From Nitrosopumilus sp. (lineage in GTDB: Archaea; Thermoproteota; Nitrososphaeria; Nitrososphaerales; Nitrosopumilaceae), in assembly GCA_965207445.1 (NCBI GenBank), contig CBDBLX010000002.1, positions 160,001 through 224,000 of the forward strand: a DNA stretch of 64,000 nt, read 5' to 3'. The notes beneath the pieces are model-generated. The model did not search any database. It had not been told where the DNA came from and saw nothing but the letters and a program-made list of their open reading frames with translations. A program made the position numbers and the translations under genes. Positions 1-11,169 of the stretch are shown here, piece by piece (position 1 is the stretch's first letter; each line of letters opens with the position of its first letter).

Positions 1-334
1 GGCACTTGCTCAAAATAAAATCCGATTATACAACAAGTATAGTAAAATGTACACTGACGTCATGTCTGCTAGTATATCCGACAGCGATAAATAATATCAG
101 ATAATAACAAATGATACCAAATAATACAATTTGATATTTGTTGTGTAATTTGAGGGTGGTTGATTCAATTTTTTATAATGAATGTATTTTCAATACTTGA
201 AATAACAACATATTGTATTTTATAAATACAAAGCCAACCAACCTATTTTTTGTGTGAATTTTATTTACTGCTTATTTTAATTCTCCAAATACAGTTATCT
301 ATATGTGATAATTTTCAATTATATAATCATGTTA

Positions 335-1402
335 TTATTTTTCATGTCGTATGTGACGGTCAAACTTTTTCTTTAACAAGATTGAGATTATAGCTCCTGC
401 TGGAATTCCTATAATGGTACCTATGCTTACGTACGGTGCTATGAAGATGTTTCCCAACCAGATACCACCATCTGTAGTTATTTCCATGAACATTCTTGGT
501 CGTAGTATTACAGATACCGTCTGTGAATCTGTTTTTTCTTCTCCAATGTCATCTACATATGTGACGATAATCTCAAATGGTAGATTGTAATCTGTCGAGA
601 TTTGTTTGGCAGGTGTGATGATCTGCGATGTTATACTGACAGGCATCTGTCTTTCTATCTTTGTGAATGTATGCTGTGTTTCTCCTCGAAAAGTGATATC
701 AGATGGTGGCACTATTCTGATCTGTACGTTTCTAAGATCTATGTCATCTGTGGTCACTTCTACTGTAATTGGAAATTCGGCATTTGCAAATATTGACTCT
801 GGTGTCTGTGTTCGTATAGTTATGTTTGGATCTTTTTTTACCTTGATTGGAACTGCAATGTCGTAAAAAAATGGCTCTTGTGGTGTCTCGTTGTTTGCAA
901 CCAATACGTGTGTATAGCGCAGATTTAGATAATGCGTACTTGGACTTGCATCATTTGTTATGTGTAAATTTATACTCTTTCCGTATGAACCACCCTCTGT
1001 AAGATTTCCTATCTCTACACTAGCTGTGGGGTCAGTTGTGATTACTTTGTTATCTGATAGTGATATACCAAAGGCAATATCTTGTTTGTTTTCCCAACCG
1101 TTGTTTTTAACAAGAATTGATACTGTTCCCTCTCGTCCTGTTATCATACTGTCTGGGTATGTTATCTGTATGTCCACTCCCCCTTCTATTGTATAGTTGT
1201 CAGTTGTTTCTGCATGTGTAATGTTTGCTGTTGGTAATAGTACTGTTGATAATAATGTGACGATAATAACACACATGATTGCTGTTAAGACAAACGTGTT
1301 TATGGACATCTTTTGCTTGTGTGTGTTAAGAGATGGATGGTAAAACATCTCTTTTGTCTGATGTATCGTCCTCATTACTATTACTGTATTTGACTCTCCC
1401 AC
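335..1402 (-). CDS. Membrane-anchored protein with Ig-like/COG1361-type beta domains (hypothetical)
   Basis: N-terminal hydrophobic stretch, beta-rich body, C-terminal TM followed by KKK; true start probably near MSINTF. Confidence 0.6.
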   Translation of the reverse strand: MGESNTVIVMRTIHQTKEMFYHPSLNTHKQKMSINTFVLTAIMCVIIVTLLSTVLLPTANITHAETTDNYTIEGGVDIQITYPDSMITGREGTVSILVKNNGWENKQDIAFGISLSDNKVITTDPTASVEIGNLTEGGSYGKSINLHITNDASPSTHYLNLRYTHVLVANNETPQEPFFYDIAVPIKVKKDPNITIRTQTPESIFANAEFPITVEVTTDDIDLRNVQIRIVPPSDITFRGETQHTFTKIERQMPVSITSQIITPAKQISTDYNLPFEIIVTYVDDIGEEKTDSQTVSVILRPRMFMEITTDGGIWLGNIFIAPYVSIGTIIGIPAGAIISILLKKKFDRHIRHEK

Positions 1403-1535
1403 ACCTCTAAAGTAACGTGCTTGAATAATAATAATGATGATGGTGGTGATGATGGTGATGGTAACATTTGATAATTATTACCCACACACGAAAAGTTGAT
1501 GGTTAATAAAGACCATTTTTAGAGAATAATAGCCA

Positions 1536-2438
1536 ATGGTTAGTATTTCAAAAGACCTGTGTACTAGATGCAAAGGCGTCATGGTCACAGATAACGAATC
1601 TGGAGAGATGTTTTGCTCTACTTGTGGCTATGTAGTTTCTGAAAAGCTACAAGAGTCCGGTCCTGAATGGCGTTCATTTGCTCAAGATGAGCACGGTGAT
1701 CGCGCAAGGGCTGGTGCACCAACATCATTGACAATGCACGACATGGGACTTGCAACAATCATCAATCCATTGAATAAAGATGCTTCTGGGCGTCCGCTTG
1801 CTGCAACCATGAAGAGTACTATTGAGCGTCTTCGAACTTGGGATAGTCGTAGTCAAGTACATGAACCAGTTGACCGAAACTTTCGACAAGCATTCAGTGA
1901 ACTCAACAGGTTAAAGGACAAGATGGCAATATCTGATCCTGTGATCGAAAAAGCCGCTTACATATACAGAAAGGCCCTTGATAAAGGACTCGTACGTGGA
2001 CGTTCTATATCTGCACTGATGGCATCTGCACTCTATGCAGCTTGTAGAGAGACTGCAACACCACGAAACCTAAAGGATGTCGAGCAGGCAGCTAACATCA
2101 AAAGAAAGGACATTGCAAGATGTTACAGACTACTTGTCAAAGAACTTGACTTGAAGATGCCTGTTACCGATTCAATTCAATGTGTGGCAAGAATTGCAAG
2201 TAGAATTGGAATCGAGGAAAAGACAAAGAGATATGCGATAAAAGTTCTCAAAAAAGCACAAGAACACGAAGTGTCTGCAGGAAAAGACCCAATGGGACTT
2301 GCAGCAGCAGCACTATACTTGTCATGCGTCAAAAATGGTGAGGATAAGACTCAACGTGATATCGCCGAATCTGCAAATGTTACAGAGGTCACTATCAGAA
2401 ATAGGTACAAAGGACTCAAAGACTCACTTGATTTGTAA
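1536..2438 (+). CDS. tfb: Transcription initiation factor IIB
   Basis: CxxC...CxxC Zn ribbon, GPEWRSF, cyclin repeats (GRS, GKDPMGLAAAALY, VTEVTIRNR). Confidence 0.97.
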   Translation: MVSISKDLCTRCKGVMVTDNESGEMFCSTCGYVVSEKLQESGPEWRSFAQDEHGDRARAGAPTSLTMHDMGLATIINPLNKDASGRPLAATMKSTIERLRTWDSRSQVHEPVDRNFRQAFSELNRLKDKMAISDPVIEKAAYIYRKALDKGLVRGRSISALMASALYAACRETATPRNLKDVEQAANIKRKDIARCYRLLVKELDLKMPVTDSIQCVARIASRIGIEEKTKRYAIKVLKKAQEHEVSAGKDPMGLAAAALYLSCVKNGEDKTQRDIAESANVTEVTIRNRYKGLKDSLDL

Positions 2439-2591
2439 GCGTGTCTTTTTGTTCTACTGTTTTTTCTTTTTATTATGATTATTTGAAAATGTGTATATTT
2501 TTTAGGATGGTGTGGTAAGTGTTCGTTATGATAATTTTCCTATAATGCGTGCAATTATTATTTGACTATCATGTGCAGATAATGTACGATA

Positions 2592-3140
2592 TTGAGTGCC
2601 ACGGAGATTTTACGAGAAGATCACCGGCATGTGCGCCGGTTTGATAGCATAATTATAAAATGTTATACTGCATTATATGATGGGAAGGATGTCCCCTTGC
2701 AGGATATAGAAAAGATGGCACATGTAATGGAAGAGTTTTTTGACTCTATACATTATTCTAGGGAAGAAGATGCGTACTTTCCGTGTGTTGCAAGTTATGA
2801 TCATCTAAAGCGTGAGATGCATGTGTTGTTAGTTGAACACGAATTCTCAAGACGTGTTGCAGTGCAATTACGCAAGTATCTGAGACTTTGGAAGGATACT
2901 GGTAGTGACCTGAACTCTAGAGAGCCATTAGCACGATACTTGAGGGCATACTCTGTGTATATTGCAGACCATCTCTCAAAAGAAGAGGACTTTTTTGACA
3001 GAGCAGAAGCCGAAATTCTATCAAAAGAAGAAGAGTATGAGATGTATGAACAGTTTCGTTCTATTATAGACACTTCAAAAAAATTAGATGACCTGCTCAG
3101 AGATGTAGATTATTTAGAGTCTCAACCGTGGGCTGCGTGA
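2592..3140 (+). CDS. Hemerythrin/HHE cation-binding domain protein
   Basis: LREDH, HYSREE...FP, EH, HLSKEE motifs. Confidence 0.85.
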   Translation: MSATEILREDHRHVRRFDSIIIKCYTALYDGKDVPLQDIEKMAHVMEEFFDSIHYSREEDAYFPCVASYDHLKREMHVLLVEHEFSRRVAVQLRKYLRLWKDTGSDLNSREPLARYLRAYSVYIADHLSKEEDFFDRAEAEILSKEEEYEMYEQFRSIIDTSKKLDDLLRDVDYLESQPWAA

Positions 3141-3302
3141 CCTTTTTTGCAGATTTTGTTCAACAGCAAATATGGTTTACTTTGGTTTTGTGTATGTTAC
3201 AAAACATGATTATACTGCCGATTTTTGTATAAACAAAAAGACCGGCATTTAATACAATATATGATTAATTAAAATCATACACAACAACATACAGGATATC
3301 AG

Positions 3303-3688
3303 ATGATGTGGTACACGCCACTCCTCCTCCTATGCATAGGGGCCGGACAGCACGAGATAATCATAAGTTCCAGAGTTATCAAGGAGCTTGAGCGACACGG
3401 CTGGGCATGCAGGTCATGTTCGCCATACTACGTACAAGGCTCGGAATCCAGACGATCACGTTCGCCGAGGTGTCCGAGGTGGAGCGCAGGGTGTCAAAAC
3501 TGCTCGAGAAAAGGCACGATCTGCTGCACCGCGGCGACAGCGAGATACTGGCGTTTACCTACGCCCGGGAGTTCGTGCTCGTAATGTGCGACAACGGGCT
3601 GACGGTGGTCGCTAGGGACGTGGGCGTCAAATGCATCAACCCGTGCACAAAGGGGAGGCGGGCAAGGAGGCGCAGGATAAGACGATAG
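3303..3688 (+). pseudogene. Frameshifted PIN-domain (VapC-like) nuclease
   Basis: IIISSRVIKELER in one frame continues as GDSEILAF...LVMCDNGL...GVKCINP in another; shift near 3400-3406; N-terminal D-T-N motif not seen. Confidence 0.55.
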
Positions 3689-4676
3689 GCCGCCGTGCGG
3701 GCACCCGCAAAAATGAAGCAATAAAAACGGTGGTTGGTGCGTAATTCATCAAATCGCCATCTACGTCGTACTTGGAAAATCATCTGCAAATATCGCCAGA
3801 GTTTTATGTGCATATATTTAATAAGCTCATATATAAAAGTATCTGCGCGCATACCAAAAGTTACTTATAGGGGCATCCCGATTGAATAATTGTAATATGA
3901 ACAAAGGGGATGCTAAACAACGTTGACTAGCCAATCTTATCAACGTATCGTTTGTGAAGTGTGGTGGAACGACGACATATGGTGGGTTGCCACAACATGT
4001 TACACTACACAGAATGACGCCCATTACAATGCATGGTTTGTGATGAATGTGGCGTCTGCTTGTTGTTTGTGTAAATTTAGTGTGTGGGTTTCAAATAAGA
4101 ACAGATTATGGAGGCAGACCGTACAGTGACAGAACAGCACAAGCGACGCGAAGGTTACTGGCAGTATTACGAACAGGCACGCAAATCTGAGCCGGATTTT
4201 ATGCGCAAGACATTGTTGTCGGCGATACGGAAAAACCCACATCCGTGCAAGGAAAAGAAGACAAATAGAGGATGCAAGCCGGTACACTCTCGTGACAAGA
4301 TGGATTTTTTGTGTCTTTTAAAAGTTGCAAAAAATATTCCTTTTCGTGACGTGGTAAATGATCTTGGACATATGCATGATGAATGGGTTGACGAGCCGAA
4401 GCCTGATTATAGTTGGGTAACCAAACATATGCAAACAATTGATCTCGACTGGCTTGATTCTATTTTAGCATATACTGCCAATATGTGTCTAGATGAACTT
4501 GAAAAATCTGGGACAGATCCGGTACCGATAAAAGGTAAAGAGACCATACTTACGCACGGATCCGAGGATTTTGAGAGCGGTAAACAAGACGTAAAAAAAG
4601 GACCTACCGCTCCGATTGGGATAGACAGTAGTGGGGTAGAGACTGATAGGTACGAAAAACAAGAAAGACCTAATAA

Positions 4677-6581
4677 GTAACTATTTTGCTTTTTGAAGTG
4701 CACATATAAGGTAAATGATCATGCGCATTTTTCCGATCATGATGATCTCGGCATTGTATATTCACATATAATCAATTGGCAATGATAGCGCGTAGTTGAT
4801 TATAATACGCAGATGGACATTAATGATTCTGTAGTTTTAGCCAGGTTTGTATCCCTTGCACAGCATATCAAAAAAGCTCTCGCCGCTGATCTTACCTGTT
4901 GCAAGCAGTGTGAATAATATTGAGTTGGCCTCCATACCACGAGACGTTCTGTTTCCACCACCATCATTTTTTATGGATACAAATACTCGATTAGTTCGTT
5001 CAACGTCATTATTGTCTGGTGGTATACCCTTTATGTGTAAAAAGGTGCTCATATGGTATCCTTCGCGTCTCCATCTCTTTTTGAATCTGTTTATTATGCC
5101 CTCTTTGTCACCGTCCCAGTCTTTTTCCTTTGTCCAATCATTGTTCATTAGTTGGCGCAGTTGGCTGTCCAAACAATATGAGGCCACTTGTCGTGTGTGA
5201 GGATCGTCTATTCCATCTGCTTTATAGAATTGTTTGAATATTTGAACTAATGTGTTGAGAAATCGTAGTACTGCACCTTTTGGATTCACATAGTGGATGT
5301 CTTTTTTTGGCAGTCGAAGCTGATGTGACAAACACATCTGATGTTGTAGTCCAATGTGACCCCATGATGGATTAGAGTCATGCCGTACTAGTCCATTGTA
5401 TTTTGGCAGGAATTTTTTGAGGGTGGATATTGTTTTGTTGTCAGTTATCTCTATTAGACAGCAGTCGTCTCCGAGCGCAATTAAACCGCACGCACGTTTT
5501 TTGTTTGCCCCAGGCCAGTCAAACTCATCACAGCCTAACTCGCTTTTGTTCAAAATTTTTTGTTTAATCTCATCGTGTTTTGGTTTTTGTGCTTTGGCAT
5601 GTGATATCTTGTCACGATATGCCGCCGATGGGGAGATCTCAACTTGCATGACATCTTTACTGAATTCTGCAGTCTTTGCGTGTGATAGACCTTTCATGTT
5701 TAATGTGACTGTGGTTGCAGAATGATTAGTTGAACGGCGTGCATGAGGCCTTACATTTGAAATGGGTTGCTGTACTTGCTTTTTGCATTTACTACACCAG
5801 CGACGTTTGATATCAAACTTGACATACTCTGTGATTGTTGTGATAATTTGGACCACCCTGTCATACTCGTCTGTTATGGTCGATGAGAGTGGGTTTTTGC
5901 ATTGTGGGCATGTAGTGCCATCTATCACCTCTGTTCTGGCTATGTCTACAGGGCGCGTAGTTTTGGTAGCTTTTTGCCCCTTGGGTCTGCCCCTTGGTTT
6001 ATTTTCACCTGGCGTTTTGTTAGGTTTATCACTAGCAGTGACTGCCTTGATGCCGTTTTTCTTGGCCCTTAGCTCTTTGTTGATCTTTTGATATTTTTTA
6101 TTGTCCTTGGCCAATTCTTCATTTTGTGTCTTTAACGTGTTGACATCTTGTAGCATCTCAGACACCCCATTGGACGTTATTTTTTTCTTTGAATTCGATG
6201 ACTCTTGCAATATCTTGTCAATTCCGGTATTCTCCAACCACCACTTACAACACTCGCAATCACTTTTGAGACATGGTTTTTTTGCATGTTGTGTGTTTTT
6301 GCCACGAGGTTCTGAGCAGCACAACTATGTTCCCTCCTCCTGCAAATAATTGACACTATTGCATTTCCAGTCACACTGATCGCTTAAATCAGATTTTTGC
6401 GATGATCTAATATCGTTCCTGTCTATCATTTTATTTGCACTTAATGATAGATGGAAGCGTTTTGATTTAATACCCTCTGGATTAAATTATTAGAGTTTTT
6501 GATCAAATTTTTTAAACCAAAATTATCATAGTATATAATCATAAGAATTTAAGTGTCCACTTCAAAAAGCAAAATAGTTAC
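4677..6581 (-). mobile_element. IS66-family element (single-ORF, ISBst12-like), 1905 bp
   Basis: Perfect 24-bp TIR GTAACTATTTTGCTTTTTGAAGTG; 8-bp TSD CCTAATAA at 4669-4676 and 6582-6589. Confidence 0.93.
4837..6324 (-). CDS. IS66-family transposase (TnpC-like)
   Basis: Coiled coil, GRPKGQK, CPQC...CSKC Zn finger, CDE, HD, QMCLSH, PPDNNDVER. Confidence 0.9.
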   Translation of the reverse strand: MCCSEPRGKNTQHAKKPCLKSDCECCKWWLENTGIDKILQESSNSKKKITSNGVSEMLQDVNTLKTQNEELAKDNKKYQKINKELRAKKNGIKAVTASDKPNKTPGENKPRGRPKGQKATKTTRPVDIARTEVIDGTTCPQCKNPLSSTITDEYDRVVQIITTITEYVKFDIKRRWCSKCKKQVQQPISNVRPHARRSTNHSATTVTLNMKGLSHAKTAEFSKDVMQVEISPSAAYRDKISHAKAQKPKHDEIKQKILNKSELGCDEFDWPGANKKRACGLIALGDDCCLIEITDNKTISTLKKFLPKYNGLVRHDSNPSWGHIGLQHQMCLSHQLRLPKKDIHYVNPKGAVLRFLNTLVQIFKQFYKADGIDDPHTRQVASYCLDSQLRQLMNNDWTKEKDWDGDKEGIINRFKKRWRREGYHMSTFLHIKGIPPDNNDVERTNRVFVSIKNDGGGNRTSRGMEANSILFTLLATGKISGESFFDMLCKGYKPG

Positions 6582-7360
6582 CCTAATAATTTACTACAAG
6601 ACTTTGAGCCGACACGCATCAAGACGTACCTAAAATATCACATTACTTCGATAACCGGACACCAGATCATACTTGCATCATACACAACTCCAAGCAATGT
6701 GAGTGACACGTCAATGCTTCCATATATGGTCAGCTTTCTCACAAAAAACTATACACGTATTGAAGAACGCTTATTCAACGGAGACAAGGGATACGACTCG
6801 GATCAAAACTGTGAGATAATATTCAATGCAAACATGAAACCGAACATAAAGCAGCGCAATCATACAGATGGCGCAGGTCATACAAACCGTGGTAAACCAA
6901 GCAGAAAAAAGGCAGCTGAGATCTTTGACCAAGATGCATACAAACAACGCGCACTTATCGAGGCAATATTTGGAGCAGAAGAAACAAAGAATCACAGGCT
7001 ACATTGTCGTATGCGTCTGGCCGAAAACAGAAAGCGGTTTAATAAAATATTATCGATTGCATGGAATATCAACGTCCTGAACAGATTTATCTGCGCTCAT
7101 GAAAAAGGGCAAAAGATTCCATCATACGAATGATAGTGACTGCTATCACACTTGCACGTTTTATGTTCTATAATCTGTCTGCTAAAACACACATGTATAT
7201 TCAAAAACAAAACGCACTATAGATAGATTTCAGTCTTTTGTAGATTGAATGTACAATAAATCAAGCTCACAGAAGGGTCACAGGCAGGCCTAATGTCAAT
7301 TACGCACCAACCTCATAAAAACGAGAACACCTAAATCGCAAGTCCGTCATCTGACAGTGT

Positions 7361-8080
7361 ATGTCAGAGCAAGATGGGAACACGACCGAGGCAAAGACAG
7401 GCGAGCCGGCGGACGTGTCCGTCGACGTAAACCTGTATTCCAGCAGCGAGGACAGGATCAAGTTCCTGGGAGAGGCACTTGGAAACGACATTAGCAGGCG
7501 CATGCTGCTCATGCTGTCAAAGTCCGAGATGACTGCGTACGAAGTCGCGAGGGACGCCGAACTGTCTCTCTCCCTGGTGGCCCATAATAGTTTCATTAAA
7601 GATCCGATAGTTTTCTAATATTTTGTATTCATAATATGTACTCAACTTCGAGATGAATATCAATCAAAATATCGGATCTTTAATCATATCAGTACCCACC
7701 ACCTGAAGAAGATGCAGAGCGCCGGGCTGGTGCGCGTCAGCAGGGTATCAAAGAACAGCAAGAACCGCGACATGAAGCACTACCGCGCCGTCTCCATAAT
7801 CATGGTTGTCCCGGAGGGGGCGTACGACAAGGCCAAGAGCAGCAAGCTGCTGTCGCTCTCGCTGAGGAAGATAATGAGATTCGCCGCCATAGGTATAGCC
7901 GGACTGGTCTCGTGGCTAGTCGCGGCTCAGGTGAACGTTGCAGACAACGTGTGGTATCTGACGGAAGACGGACAATTCGTGCCGACGGTGGCAGAACCGT
8001 TCGCGCCCGTGGCGGTCGGGTTGGGTGTTGTTGTTGCAGGACTGGTTTTGGAGAGGATACTTACAGCCTTTAACAAATAA
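7361..8080 (+). pseudogene. ArsR-type winged-HTH regulator with C-terminal TM helices, disrupted by MITE-A
   Basis: ALGNDISRRMLLML...AYEVARDAELSLSLVA|HHLKKMQSAGLV; removing 7585-7698 restores the frame. Confidence 0.85.
7585..7694 (+). mobile_element. MITE-A copy 1 (110 bp)
   Basis: Subterminal inverted repeat ATTAAAGATCCGAT; 4-bp TSD CCCA; near-identical inverted copy at 9587-9696. Confidence 0.9.
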
Positions 8081-8104
8081 ACCTTCCAACCGTATATGTA
8101 TTAT

Positions 8105-8188
8105 TAATTTGGTGTAATTTGTTTTGAATCAATCCCTATAAAGACAGCGCCGCTCCAGATCATAATGATTTCAAACAACGCGAAGAAA
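8105..8188 (+). promoter_or_regulatory. Duplicated promoter plus 5' gene start (second copy 8919-9002)
   Basis: ~84-bp near-identical direct repeat containing TATAAAGA and ATG ATT TCx AAC AAC GCG AAx AAA. Confidence 0.75.
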
Positions 8189-8294
8189 TCTCCCTTTTTT
8201 TCTTCTTTTTGGCAGCCTCCCACGTCACCACCCGCCGCCAAGCCATCATGGCTGAACGTAACCCCACTCAAATCTTTAATAACATATCCGGCCG

Positions 8295-8720
8295 GTGAAC
8301 CCCATAATGATTAAGACTATAAAACTGCGCATATTATTGATGGGGATTGCCACGATCGCCGTCACTGGCACTGCTATCGCCATCACTACTGACGTATTTG
8401 TCATAGATTCATCTGACGCGGGCAGCGACACCCGCATCTACAATCCGGACATGACGGACTGGTGGGGTGAGTTAATCGACAGTCTTGGAGACGAGACTAG
8501 CGCAATATACACTGAGGATGGTTGGGGCGACGAATTATGGGTCGAGATAGAAGACCTCGGCGGAGACACGTATCACATATCCCTACACGGCATCTCTGCG
8601 TCTGGCCTGCCCATAGAATATACGATAACGGAGACTGAAGACGGATACTTCGCGTACGGGCCAGAATTTCCAGATGGTAGCATGGGCGCACGTAACTACG
8701 TGACCAGCTTGGACGATTAG
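8295..8720 (+). CDS. Secreted/membrane-anchored acidic hypothetical protein
   Basis: Signal-like N-terminus, acidic body. Confidence 0.6.
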   Translation: MNPIMIKTIKLRILLMGIATIAVTGTAIAITTDVFVIDSSDAGSDTRIYNPDMTDWWGELIDSLGDETSAIYTEDGWGDELWVEIEDLGGDTYHISLHGISASGLPIEYTITETEDGYFAYGPEFPDGSMGARNYVTSLDD

Positions 8721-8978
8721 TAAAATGAAAAGAGATTTGAACGTACAACTCCTTAAAGATTTTGTGTTGAACACCATGATGTGGCAGATGGAGCAGGCGC
8801 AGTATGCAGGCAAGAGATCATAAATTTACAACAGTATCTCCGTGAGTTACCTATTCTTATTACATATGACATCATCATTACCTGCCTGCACCCCCATCAA
8901 CGAATTCACAACAAGACCTAATTTGGTATAATTTGATTTGAATCAATCTCTATAAAGACAGAGCCGCTTCAGATCATA

Positions 8979-9586
8979 ATGATTTCGAACAACGCGAAAA
9001 AACTTTCCATAGCCGCAGCTGCAATACTCCTGGTGGCGGCGTCCGTGGTCGGCTTTGACCTCGTTTCCGGACAGGGTAAAGCCGGCACGGAGTCCAGCGG
9101 TACGACCGTCTACGAACCGGACCCGGTACAACGGCCAGCGGACGACCGCACTAGGCTCAACGAACTTGAGGCTACATTCGACAGAGCAACTACCGACGAA
9201 GAGCGGAAACGCATCATCGCAGAGGCTTCAACGCATCTCAAAGAATCCGCCTCGCCCGCAAACCTCCAGAGGACGGCGCAGTATACCGCGGCAGCACACC
9301 TCCTGACCGCCGCGATCGCCGACATGCCAAAACAGGAGAACGGACATGCCGCAATCCCGTTCACAAGGATGGGATACAGCGAGCAGGACGGGATGCTGGT
9401 GGTGAGGATTCACCAGGACTTTTCCACGCTGGACAACATGAAGAAATACGAAAAAACCATCAGGGGCGTGATTGGAAACGAGATAGACCTCAAACTCGTC
9501 TACGGCGGAGGTTACTGGCAGTTGTCATAATGCCCAAACGGCCCTCTGAACGACTGCGATCCGCTTGAGTCGGGCATTGAGATGCA
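8979..9586 (+). pseudogene. Secreted protein, probable truncated protease precursor
   Basis: Signal peptide; domain similar to the N-terminus of the 41224-43635 protease; frame reads on past TAA (9528-9530) as CPNGPLNDCDPLESGIEM until MITE-A copy 2. Confidence 0.6.
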
Positions 9587-9696
9587 TACTGATATGATTA
9601 AAGATCCGATATTTTGATTGATATTCATCTTGAAATTGAGTACATATTATGAATACAAAATATTAGAAAACTATCGGATCTTTAATGAAACTATTA
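9587..9696 (-). mobile_element. MITE-A copy 2 (110 bp)
   Basis: Reverse complement of 7585-7694; 4-bp TSD TGCA. Confidence 0.9.
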
Positions 9697-9826
9697 TGCA
9701 CTGGCATCTACACTACCAACATTCTGCTTGAAGGAGTCTAGAAGATTAAATGGTTGTGAATCAAGTATACAATTTCCTAGTAGATAGGTCACAAACTCTT
9801 TAAGTGTTTTAAATCACGCCCATATA

Positions 9827-10345
9827 ATGAAACCATTTGTTCTGTGGATGACAGGACTGCCTTGTTCTGGCAAGACTACCATAGTCAAAGATCTTCAAAA
9901 GGACATTCCAAACTTGGCGATGCTCGATGGCGACGAGTTGCGAGAGTGGTTTTCACCAAAAGACTTTTCCAAAAAAGGACGAGACGAACATAACAAAAAA
10001 GTTGCACATCTTGCTAAACTTTTACTAAAACATGGTGTACCTAGTGCAGTGTCTCTAGTCTCACCATATGTGGAGAACAGAAGTAATGCAAAAGAGATCA
10101 TTGATTCTGGTGACCAGTTTGTAGAATGTTACATAAAATGCTCACTTGCTAAGTGTGAGGAACGTGACGTCAAAGGTATGTATGCCAAGGCACGTAAAGG
10201 TGAGATCAAAGGATTTACTGGTATAGATGACCCATATGAACCACCTGAGAATGCTGATTTGGTAATTGATACGGAAAATGAACCACTAGAGGATAGCGCA
10301 AAAAAAGTCAAGATATTTTTGGGCAAACGCAACCTACTACTCTGA
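9827..10345 (+). CDS. cysC: Adenylylsulfate kinase
   Basis: WMTGLPCSGKTT, LDGD, RDVKGMY, FTGIDDPYEPP. Confidence 0.96.
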   Translation: MKPFVLWMTGLPCSGKTTIVKDLQKDIPNLAMLDGDELREWFSPKDFSKKGRDEHNKKVAHLAKLLLKHGVPSAVSLVSPYVENRSNAKEIIDSGDQFVECYIKCSLAKCEERDVKGMYAKARKGEIKGFTGIDDPYEPPENADLVIDTENEPLEDSAKKVKIFLGKRNLLL

Positions 10346-11146
10346 CTAGTATCGTGCCGCAAACTCTTTAACTATTTTATCATGTATCACACCATTTGTT
10401 GCCAAAATTCCATGATGATGATATATGTCGTCTTTGTTATATGCTAGTTCATCTCCATTCACATCTGTCATTTTACCACCTGCCTCTGTTATGATACAGT
10501 GTGATGCAGCAGTATCCCACACTTTCATCTTGTTTGTGGTTGTAATGTATGCTTCTGCCTCACCTGAGCTTATCAGACCTACTTTGAGTGAGCTACCGAT
10601 ACTAACAAAATTAGATGTTTTGAGGCTCTTGATGAATATAATCTCTTTTTCTGTAAGGTGATGTTTTGAGCCTACCATTCTACACTCCGATAGTGTATCA
10701 ATATCTGTCACTGTAATTTTACTCCAACACTTGTTCTGATATTTATATGCGCCCTTTTCTTTTTGTGCTACAAATATTGTATTTCCAAGAGGCCACAATA
10801 TCACACCCAATATTGGCACTGTTTTTTTTACAAGTGATACCATTATGGTAAACTCCCCTGTGCCATTTACAAAGTGTGATGTCCCATCAAGTGGATCTAT
10901 AATCCAGATAGTATCTGATTTACCTATGTTTGGATTTTCTTGCTCTTCTGAGAGTATGGGATATTTACTCTTTGAGAGTACATCTGTCAAAATTCGATGA
11001 CTTGCAAGATCCGCTTCTGTGACTGGAGAGCCATCTTGCTTTTTTTCTGTCTTTGTGGTATTTTGTTTGTACATATCAAGAACTATACTACCTGCATTGA
11101 TGACTGACCTCAATGCAAGATCAAATATGGTGTTTGATATTGGCAT
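10346..11146 (-). CDS. cysQ: 3'(2'),5'-bisphosphate nucleotidase (inositol monophosphatase family)
   Basis: SPVTEAD, ILSEE, WIIDPLDGT, WDTAA; start placed at MPISN. Confidence 0.9.
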   Translation of the reverse strand: MPISNTIFDLALRSVINAGSIVLDMYKQNTTKTEKKQDGSPVTEADLASHRILTDVLSKSKYPILSEEQENPNIGKSDTIWIIDPLDGTSHFVNGTGEFTIMVSLVKKTVPILGVILWPLGNTIFVAQKEKGAYKYQNKCWSKITVTDIDTLSECRMVGSKHHLTEKEIIFIKSLKTSNFVSIGSSLKVGLISSGEAEAYITTTNKMKVWDTAASHCIITEAGGKMTDVNGDELAYNKDDIYHHHGILATNGVIHDKIVKEFAARY

Positions 11147-11169
11147 ATGTTTTGCCAGATGGTTGTATT

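Larger units (their letters stand above)
4108..7133 (+). pseudogene. IS5-like DDE transposase split into 4108-4676 and 6590-7133
   Basis: IDSSG...YLKYHI...GDKGYD...RALIEAIFG; removing 4677-6589 rejoins the frame (ERPN-NLLQDFEPTRIKTYLKYHITS). Confidence 0.9.
3730..7314 (+). mobile_element. IS5-like insertion sequence, interrupted by an IS66 element
   Basis: 17-bp TIR GTGGTTGGTGCGTAATT (3730-3746) / AATTACGCACCAACCTC (7298-7314), 1 mismatch; 9-bp TSD ATAAAAACG at 3721-3729 and 7315-7323. Confidence 0.9.

Noticed and set aside
7585..9696. MITE-A pair as a composite transposon
   Set aside because: Each copy has its own distinct 4-bp TSD, so they are independent insertions.
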